A stretch of DNA of 32,000 nt from Halogeometricum borinquense DSM 11551. Lineage in GTDB: Archaea > Halobacteriota > Halobacteria > Halobacteriales > Haloferacaceae. The translations under genes and the position numbers were made by a program. The stretch is from the NCBI RefSeq assembly GCF_000172995.2, contig NC_014736.1, positions 120,001-152,000 of the forward strand. Reading direction: 5' to 3'. The number at the start of each line of letters is the position of its first letter. Within the stretch, counting starts at the first letter, position 1. Below are positions 25,681-32,000 of the stretch, piece after piece. The notes under the pieces are model-generated. The model did not search any database. It worked only from the letters and a program-made list of their open reading frames with translations, and had not been told where the DNA came from.

Positions 25681-25705
25681 CGATGCTACAATCCGCCTGT
25701 TTGAA

Positions 25706-28700
25706 TCAGATACTCGATACGGCCTCCAACTGACGCTGGATACGCGAGACAACCTCCTCAATACGATCCCGATTTCCAAGCCGTAGCGAGATAACTCCGT
25801 CTTTCTCTTCGACCGAGTAGATTTTCATCGCACCAGCCGTCTCAGGGAGATCAGCGAGGCTCACCATCTCAACGAGGTTCCACCCTGCAGGGTACTGCTC
25901 GATTTCGACCGTCGCCGTCTCCAGTGGTGTCGAAGTCTCTTGAACGAGCGTCATTGCTGCCGATTTCGCCAACCGGTCGCTCGTTGCCGCCGGAATCGTT
26001 TGCGTCGTTGCGAGTGCTTCATCGCCGTCCCACGAGGGAAGCGCATACTCTCCTTGACCCTGCGTCCCGTTGACGACTGCCTTCTCGGTGATAGCCTCAT
26101 CGTCGATGTTGTAATCGTAATCAACGAGGTTCACATCACCCGACGCCTCACGCTGTCCCGGCCGAGTGAACACCACAGCAAGCGATTCTGTCGATTGCTC
26201 CCAACGAACCTCCCAGATGAAGTTGCCAAATTCTGCGATATCATTGAGAATCTCACGAATTTCACCATCGAACGACTGGCTGTTGAGTAACGGCGTGTCG
26301 TTGAGGTCCGAGAAGAGGTCGAACAGGTCCACGCTCTGCCCGGCGTTCCGTTCGAGAATCCCATCCCCATCGTCGTAGCTCGACAGGGAGAAGCGTGCCC
26401 GGATCTGTCCGCTCCCACTCGCAAACTGTCCGGAAACGGTTTCGGTGTTCGAGGCGCTGACCCACGACTTGCCTTGGTCGTTTGAGATGGCGACCGCCTG
26501 CTCGTTTTGCGTGTTATCCCACGAGGACTGCAGTTCTCCTGCGATAACCTGTCGAATTGACGGTACATCCACTGTTTCAGCCGACATATCGGGATACGCA
26601 TTCAGCGTCGTGACTTTCCCACCGGGGGAAGTGAGCCGGTCCCCGTACCCGTCTGAATAACGAGTGTCGAAGACACCGATTGTGTCGATATAGATGTAAC
26701 CCGAGTCCGAGCCGGTCGTTACTTCGGCTTTGATCGTATGCGTTCCTGCGGCGAGTCCGCCTGATATATCGAGCGTGAGAAAACGAACATCCGGGAACTG
26801 GAATCCGTTTCCGAGATTTTCTGGCCCGACCGGTCGGATCTGGGTCCCATCAACACTGAACGTGACTTCTGGTCCGACCGACTCGTTACTTTCCGAGATG
26901 CGCACAGCTAGTTGCGCACTCCCTCCGGGAATGTCGTGGTCTAGGGTAATATTCCATTCGTGTATTTGTCCGGATGCCTGATACCTCGATGCCGTGCCGC
27001 CAACGAACTCATCAGATTCCAAGATGTCGGGCGCCCACAACTGATCGTCCGGATTTACCCCTTGCCGCAGTACGGCCGTCTTCGTCGTCTCAAGACGGCC
27101 GTTTTCGACGCGCAGTGGTACGTCCGATGCGAATGGGTAGTCTCGGAGGACACCCTGCCACTCCGAACCGGTGTCGGCGTCGAGCATCATCGTATCCGAG
27201 GAGACATCGGCCTGCGGATCGTCCACGTTCACCGTTAGCGACGTCTCCTCGTTCAGGAGGCCCCGAACGAAGTCGTCAGCCTCCTGTTCGCTGACGGACT
27301 TCTCCACGTGCTTGAGAAGGTCCTCGCCGCCGCGGGCGACGAGTCGCGTCGCCTCCGGCGTCTGCGACCGATTGATCAGTCGTTCGACCGGGAGTCGCTT
27401 CCCGTCTTTCCAGATACGGATGGGGGCTCGCTCGAAAGCGTCGTCGAGCCACTTTTCGTTCTTTGGGACTGGGATTTCGACCTTGGGCAGACCGTTGAGT
27501 TTCGGCCGCGGTTTCGGATCATCGATGACTGTTGGGGTGAGCGTCTGTCCTTCGGGGTGGTCAACCTCAACATGCCAACCCTGTGCGGGTCGTTGATTCG
27601 AATCGACAGTGGAAGGCTGCGTCGTCGTCTCAATTGGTTCAGAGGAGGCTTTCGTGTCCTCCGTGTACGTTTCGAGTCGAAGCCGATACCCCGTTCCCGG
27701 GAGTGCGGAGATCGACGCTGACTCCGTGTTCGGCGCAGGTTCGGCGACGAGTTGCTCGTTGGAGTACGAGCCGTTACGTTTCTCGGCACGGAAAATTCGG
27801 AACCCATTTTCATTGTCAGTCTTGTCGGTCCACGAGAGATCGATCTGCGTCTGTGTCACGCTATCGACGGTGAATCCCGATGGTGTCGGGAGATTCATCT
27901 GGATCGAGACAGGCGTCGTCCACGCGCCCGTGGCGTACTCCGTCTCCGTACGAGCGCGGATTTCGTACTCCTCGCCATCCTTACGTCCGTCGAAGACCGT
28001 CGAGAGTGTGTCATACGCGAGGATCTGCTCGTCGAACCCCGTCGCGGTTGAGTCCCACGATGACTCTCCCGTCTCGCGGATCTGCACGCGCACGTCGCCG
28101 TAATTCGTCGGCGACGTTTCGCGGTCAACAGCGACCTCGTCCTTGACGTCGTTGCTGAGGACTGGCTGGTCTTCGTCGGGGAGCACCGTGATAAATGGTT
28201 CAGACAGGCTGGTCGCCGGCTCTACGTCATTTGCGGCCACCACACGAACCTCGTACTCTTCACCATTGTTCAGGTTCGTTAGCGTTGTGGACTCTGTATC
28301 CGGTGAAACCGTCTCAACGACCGTCCATGACAATGTCCCAGTCAGCCGATACTCGACCCGTGTTTCGCCGTCGTTGTGCGTGGCCGTCCACGACACGTCT
28401 GCTGTCGTTGCCCCAACATTCGAGACCACAACGTCGGTTGGTGCCGGAATCGGCGTCGTTGTCGTCGTCGTGTCCGCCGATGATGTGTGCGTTGAGTAGT
28501 ACCGGACGCGTACGTCGTACTGCTCGCCGTCGTCGAGCTCCGTGATCGTGTGGCTCGTCGCACTCGTCGAGAGCGTCGCGTCTGTCGTCCACCCGGACGT
28601 TCCCGTCTCTCGGTAGTCCACGTCAATTCCCGACAGCGCCCCCGTCTCGCCTCCGTACGACCACGCGAGGTCGAGTTGACGCGACGACGGCGCGACGGAT

Positions 28701-29542
28701 TCGATTGTCGGCGTGTGAGATGGGATAGAGACTGTGACTTCGACCTCGTTCGAGAGGTAACCCGTGTCGGCATCCTCAACGCGGTAGTAGTACTGTTCCC
28801 CATCGAGGACGGTCGTGTCCGTGTACGACTGCGAGCCGACGTCTGATGCAATCAGCGTGTAGTCTGACGACGCCATCCCCGACGATTCTGCACGGAGGAT
28901 GTTGTACGAGTCGGCCGTCCCACTCCACAGCAGGTCGACATCGTCGGCTGACTGTGTCGCCGAGAGGTTTTCGATGAGACCGATCGTCTCGATCGAAACA
29001 TTGTCGAAGTCCTTCGTTCCAGTGGTCGAGAAATGTGCTCCCGACCACGAGAGCACAGAGCCTCCCGTGTCGAACGTCACATCCGTCGCCGTCAGTTCCA
29101 GCGTGCCGTCGACGAACACGCGGATTTCGTTGTGCTCGCGGTCTGCCTCGACAGCGAACGTCCCGCTCCCTGCCGTGAGCGATTTCGAGGCCAGCATCGA
29201 CACGCTCCCCGCCGACATCTTGAAGATTTTCAAGATGTCGTCCGCGACATTCCAAGTGACGCAGAAAGCGTTTTCTGTATTATCGCTATCACCTGTACTA
29301 TACGAGTCCGGAGCGTCTGCGTAGATGGAGAGTCGGTGAAACCCCGAGGAGTCATTCCCGGAGGTGAAGTCCCACTCCGTTCGGAGCGAGTCTGTATAGC
29401 CCGGATCGTACTCTAGATGACCTTCACTTCCCGACGATGTTCCGACGAGCCGGATCATCCCAGAATCTGATAGGTACTGTGCTGAATCGTGTAGCGTCCA
29501 CGTCTCCGAATCAAACGTCGAAAAGTCGTCAGAGTAAGCCAT
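25706..29542 (-). CDS. giant modular protein: N-terminal ConA/LamG-like domain, five FN3-like repeats, approx 640-aa unassigned beta-rich C-terminal region; no signal peptide (virus tail-fibre / receptor-binding-like)
   Basis: 1278 aa and acidic. Residues approx 1-185 (28988-29542) read ...TEWDFTSGNDSSGFHRLSIYAD...EIRVFVDGTLELT...KDFDNVSIE, a LamG-like jelly-roll pattern. Residues approx 190-640 (27623-28975) are five approx 90-aa modules with the W...Y..(V/I)R pattern (DLLWSG..DGEQYYYRV; LDLAWSY..DGEQYDVRVRY; ADVSWTA..NGEEYEVRVVA; ..DGEEYEIRAR; IDLSWTD..GTGYRLRLETY), plus a TTTTTT linker. The N-terminus MAYSDDFSTFDSETW has no hydrophobic or twin-arginine signal, and no C-terminal anchor is visible. 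Confidence 0.8.
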   Translation of the reverse strand: MAYSDDFSTFDSETWTLHDSAQYLSDSGMIRLVGTSSGSEGHLEYDPGYTDSLRTEWDFTSGNDSSGFHRLSIYADAPDSYSTGDSDNTENAFCVTWNVADDILKIFKMSAGSVSMLASKSLTAGSGTFAVEADREHNEIRVFVDGTLELTATDVTFDTGGSVLSWSGAHFSTTGTKDFDNVSIETIGLIENLSATQSADDVDLLWSGTADSYNILRAESSGMASSDYTLIASDVGSQSYTDTTVLDGEQYYYRVEDADTGYLSNEVEVTVSIPSHTPTIESVAPSSRQLDLAWSYGGETGALSGIDVDYRETGTSGWTTDATLSTSATSHTITELDDGEQYDVRVRYYSTHTSSADTTTTTTPIPAPTDVVVSNVGATTADVSWTATHNDGETRVEYRLTGTLSWTVVETVSPDTESTTLTNLNNGEEYEVRVVAANDVEPATSLSEPFITVLPDEDQPVLSNDVKDEVAVDRETSPTNYGDVRVQIRETGESSWDSTATGFDEQILAYDTLSTVFDGRKDGEEYEIRARTETEYATGAWTTPVSIQMNLPTPSGFTVDSVTQTQIDLSWTDKTDNENGFRIFRAEKRNGSYSNEQLVAEPAPNTESASISALPGTGYRLRLETYTEDTKASSEPIETTTQPSTVDSNQRPAQGWHVEVDHPEGQTLTPTVIDDPKPRPKLNGLPKVEIPVPKNEKWLDDAFERAPIRIWKDGKRLPVERLINRSQTPEATRLVARGGEDLLKHVEKSVSEQEADDFVRGLLNEETSLTVNVDDPQADVSSDTMMLDADTGSEWQGVLRDYPFASDVPLRVENGRLETTKTAVLRQGVNPDDQLWAPDILESDEFVGGTASRYQASGQIHEWNITLDHDIPGGSAQLAVRISESNESVGPEVTFSVDGTQIRPVGPENLGNGFQFPDVRFLTLDISGGLAAGTHTIKAEVTTGSDSGYIYIDTIGVFDTRYSDGYGDRLTSPGGKVTTLNAYPDMSAETVDVPSIRQVIAGELQSSWDNTQNEQAVAISNDQGKSWVSASNTETVSGQFASGSGQIRARFSLSSYDDGDGILERNAGQSVDLFDLFSDLNDTPLLNSQSFDGEIREILNDIAEFGNFIWEVRWEQSTESLAVVFTRPGQREASGDVNLVDYDYNIDDEAITEKAVVNGTQGQGEYALPSWDGDEALATTQTIPAATSDRLAKSAAMTLVQETSTPLETATVEIEQYPAGWNLVEMVSLADLPETAGAMKIYSVEEKDGVISLRLGNRDRIEEVVSRIQRQLEAVSSI

Positions 29543-30679
29543 CTATCGACGCACCTCCTGTCTCGACCGCAGGTCCAGCGACGCGTTCGTCGTTTCGACC
29601 TCGTCGGATGCGATGGGGCGTAGGTAGTCAGCTAGCCCACTCGGCGTTTGGTTGTCCTCGCCGGATGGGTTCGTGAAGAGAACTTTCGTTCGCCCCCGGT
29701 CCAGTCGCATGTTGAGCGCGTGCTGTACACCGGACGAGGAGTTCTCGAAGACGAGTTGACTACCCACCGAAGCCGGTGCAACGTTCACGAGATCGGCGTC
29801 AACGAGCGACCAGTCCGAGTCGTTGAGTTCGACGTCCTGCCACGCCGCGGAGCCGTCCACCCATTTCTCAGCTGCGATACCGTTCGCTGCGTCGAGCGTG
29901 AGTCGAATCGCACCGTTCGAGACGACCGGCGAGCCGACACAATCGTGAGCCGGTACGAAGACGCGATCCCACTGCACGACATTCTCGGCATCCGTCTTCG
30001 CAACACCACGGTCGTCCCACACTCGGACATCGGTCTTCCCGGACGCGACGTAGGGAAGGTCGTAGATGAGTGCCGACGAGTCGGTCGGTGCGTCACTCGT
30101 GGCGACAAGGGCAACGTCACCGAACTCCGTAGCTGTCGTTGCGGACGGCGTTGCTAGCTGAACCTCGTCTGCAACGGGATCGAACCAACGCATACGGGTC
30201 GCCGCCGCAGGGATACCGACCGCCGTAGACTGTGCGGGATTGTTCGTGATGTCGTTCTGCGTATCCGAGACGTTCATCTCGACTGACCGCCAGTGCGACT
30301 GGCGGGTGCCAGCTTCCTCAAGTACCGCGCCAACATGCTGGAGGCTTCCAGCCGCAGTGGCGTCAAGTGGTTCTGACTGTCCAGAGTGGGCGACGTAGTA
30401 CCCATCGTACTCGGTTGACTCACCGACGCCGAAGAACGGGATCACTCCGTAATCCGAATCGAGGAGTTCGCTAAACTGTGCAGCGAGGCGTCCCGCTCCG
30501 TCGCCCCCGAGGAGAAACTCAAATCGGAGTTCACCCGGTTTGTGAGAGAGCGGTTTCGACATGAGGGCGCAGTCATCATTCGATACCGAGGAAACAGAGG
30601 TCGTCTTGCGGTAGTCGCTATTTCCTAGCTGAACAATCCATTGATCACGCGTTGATAAGGTGTACAGTCTTCGTTTCAT
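29543..30679 (-). CDS. hypothetical 378-aa protein, translationally coupled to the giant gene (tail/baseplate-like by context only)
   Basis: I start it at ATG 30679 (MKRRLYTLSTRDQWIVQLGNSDY...), one base after the TAA of the upstream ORF. The track start at 30844 would overlap that ORF by 164 nt with an Arg/Ser-rich extension. Its TAG (29543-29545) directly abuts the ATG (29542) of the giant gene. It is acidic, looks beta-rich, and has no signal peptide and no recognised motif. Confidence 0.65.
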   Translation of the reverse strand: MKRRLYTLSTRDQWIVQLGNSDYRKTTSVSSVSNDDCALMSKPLSHKPGELRFEFLLGGDGAGRLAAQFSELLDSDYGVIPFFGVGESTEYDGYYVAHSGQSEPLDATAAGSLQHVGAVLEEAGTRQSHWRSVEMNVSDTQNDITNNPAQSTAVGIPAAATRMRWFDPVADEVQLATPSATTATEFGDVALVATSDAPTDSSALIYDLPYVASGKTDVRVWDDRGVAKTDAENVVQWDRVFVPAHDCVGSPVVSNGAIRLTLDAANGIAAEKWVDGSAAWQDVELNDSDWSLVDADLVNVAPASVGSQLVFENSSSGVQHALNMRLDRGRTKVLFTNPSGEDNQTPSGLADYLRPIASDEVETTNASLDLRSRQEVRR

Positions 30680-30680
30680 G

Positions 30681-31307
30681 TTAGAACTCCTCCTGTTCGG
30701 TGAGCGCACCTGCTGGTTCGAGTGACCCAACAGGGACGCACGTGAGTGAAATTTCGACCGAGGACGCTTCGTCGGCTGCTTCGACGACGTGGGGGCCGTT
30801 GGGGATGTAGACCGCCCGCGGTTCGCCGAACAGTCCCGGCTCACCGTCGGTTGTGTACGTGCCGTCGTGGTAGTGACCGAGATGGAGTGTCGCAGGGTTT
30901 AACGAGTCCGTCGTCGCTTGCTCGATGTACCGGGACAGAACATCTGCTTGTGTTCGTGGTCCCGCACCGGTCGCATCGAGAGCAGTGAGCGTCGTTTCGT
31001 CGCCCGTGTTCCCCATCTGGAGATACTCGCCGTTATGAGTCGTCTCTGAGAGGGTGGCACGGATCTTGTACGGGACCTTTCCGCCGCCAGCATCGATAAT
31101 ATACGGCTGTCGGATGTCGTCTGGGGATCCGTCCGAAGGGAAATTGAGCGCGCGGTTGAGAACTTCGTCCGCCGGATTGACGGCGAACGATTTGTTGATG
31201 TCGCCAGTACAGTTGTAGTTCTTTGCCAACTCGAAGATGCCAGTTCGCTGTGCACCGTCGAGTCGGGCGTCGATTTCGAGAACGCAGTTGTTCAAGCGTG
31301 TAACCAT
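30681..31307 (-). CDS. hypothetical 208-aa protein, first gene of the three-gene block
   Basis: ATG 31307 (MVTRLNNCVLEIDARLDGAQRTG...); alternative GTG at 31337. It has G/C-rich third positions, is acidic, and has no TM helix or signal peptide. No family recognised. Confidence 0.6.
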   Translation of the reverse strand: MVTRLNNCVLEIDARLDGAQRTGIFELAKNYNCTGDINKSFAVNPADEVLNRALNFPSDGSPDDIRQPYIIDAGGGKVPYKIRATLSETTHNGEYLQMGNTGDETTLTALDATGAGPRTQADVLSRYIEQATTDSLNPATLHLGHYHDGTYTTDGEPGLFGEPRAVYIPNGPHVVEAADEASSVEISLTCVPVGSLEPAGALTEQEEF

Positions 31308-31543
31308 TTGTGAGAGAATGTGGCGGTGTGACCCCACCGCCGCGGGTGTTCGTCTGCCGATTCCGTAACCTGTGATCCGTTGTATTCGTACCGCTCACGA
31401 GATTCCTATCGACGTCCCGAGATCGAACCCGAGTTTTCCGCTGCGGTCAGTGCCGTTCTTCGAATCTCGTTCCGTCCCAGTCAGACCTCGCTCGCGCGGA
31501 GAGTTGGGTCGCTTCCGCGCTCTCGGTCATCGGTCTGCATTGT

Positions 31544-31864
31544 TCAACGTTGGTCGTCGTCTCGAGACTGGACAGGTGGGTTACCACCTTGGATCATCGC
31601 CCACGCGGCGGCAAACTCGCCGTACTCGATCCCGAGTAGCGGGATGAGCAACGCGACTGTCCCGGCGAAGACGATTGTCGGGTCAGCGCCCTGTCGGGCG
31701 AGCGTGAAACCGTAGCCGAGGATTGCAGCGGCGAAGACGGCGTTCTTGACGAATTTCCATCGTTTGAGGTTCATTGGGGGACACCTCTGGCGAAGAAATT
31801 GATCGAGAGCACGATTCTGGTCGGTGAGTTCTGTGGGAACGAGTCCCTGTCGTGTTTTGGTCAT
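31544..31864 (-). CDS. small membrane protein (2 TM), unknown function
   Basis: 106 aa. MTKTRQGLVPTELTDQNRALDQFLRQR..., then two hydrophobic helices (AVFAAAILGYGFTLA, IVFAGTVALLIPLLGI), then a polar tail. It lies about 200 nt upstream of the three-gene block on the same strand. Confidence 0.45.
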   Translation of the reverse strand: MTKTRQGLVPTELTDQNRALDQFLRQRCPPMNLKRWKFVKNAVFAAAILGYGFTLARQGADPTIVFAGTVALLIPLLGIEYGEFAAAWAMIQGGNPPVQSRDDDQR

Positions 31865-32000
31865 GAGTCAAAGGTTGTGCGAACGTGATCGGGCAGCTGA
31901 ATCGAAACTCGGGGAATTGAGCGACAAAGAGGGAACACTGTCGCCAGCCGTCAGGCGGTCACCCGCTTTCGAGACGCCTCCGAAACACGCACGATGGCGT

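Noticed and set aside
25940-29416. Many 70-170-aa alternative-frame ORFs inside the 1278-aa gene (for example 28342..28851, 27376..27813, 28776..29255), which might suggest overlapping genes.
   Set aside because: All are extremely Arg-rich frame-shifted readings of an acidic, GAC/GAG/ACG-rich gene. There is no independent start context, no conservation signal and no motif.
29543-30844. ORF-track N-terminal extensions taken at face value (29543..30844, 5485..6627, 7533..8384, 9188..9754, 3713..4222, 8415..9086, 12029..12475, 15084..15398).
   Set aside because: The extensions overlap upstream genes or encode junk-like sequence (Arg/Ser-rich or hydrophobic with no family match). Internal ATGs give N-termini that match the family patterns, so the shorter coordinates were used.
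1-32000. A search for transposases, integrases, toxin-antitoxin pairs, cas genes, restriction-modification or other known defence genes, and for rRNA, tRNA, RNase P and SRP RNAs.
   Set aside because: None of the translated ORFs shows the relevant catalytic motifs (DDE, tyrosine recombinase R..H..R..Y, PIN/HEPN, methyltransferase motifs), and no RNA gene signatures were seen by eye. Absence cannot be proven without covariance-model or HMM searches.

Overview
This window looks like part of a haloarchaeal (class Halobacteria) replicon. That is an inference from G+C-rich coding DNA with strong G/C third-position bias, very acidic predicted proteins, an Orc1/Cdc6 gene next to a repeat-rich origin-like region, and many Usp-domain genes. 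I can support about 36 protein-coding genes or pseudogenes. I saw no rRNA, tRNA, CRISPR array, transposase or integrase. The window falls into four blocks. (1) 0.6-12.5 kb holds membrane proteins of unknown function and a dense set of redox and aromatic-detoxification-type enzymes. These are DoxX, an Fe-dependent alcohol dehydrogenase/maleylacetate-reductase-like protein, an enolase-superfamily protein, two YcaC-like isochorismatase-family hydrolases flanking a ferredoxin+2xCDGSH protein, an HxlR regulator divergent from a VOC protein, an MhqO-type ring-cleaving dioxygenase, an MhqD-type carboxylesterase, and a CoA-binding protein. (2) 12.5-13.6 kb is an AT-rich, apparently non-coding or decayed segment that begins inside a truncated ABC-transporter ATPase stub. 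(3) 13.6-23.6 kb holds stress, transport and housekeeping genes. These are a thiamine-binding MTH1187-like protein, a tandem-Usp gene coupled to a small zinc-finger gene, an amino-acid permease fused to Usp domains, a permease with an inserted YHS metal-binding domain, a nicotinate phosphoribosyltransferase gene broken by a 1-nt homopolymer frameshift, a Na/Pi-cotransporter-like protein, a second Usp, coaD and VanZ. (4) 23.6-32 kb holds orc1/cdc6 with about 10 ORB/iteron-like repeats, then a tightly packed minus-strand operon for three proteins without secretion signals, including a 1278-aa LamG + 5xFN3 giant. I consider block 4 the best candidate for an uncharacterised system: a virus-tail or host-recognition-like module of an integrated element. 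All functional calls come from reading the translations by eye, with no database search.
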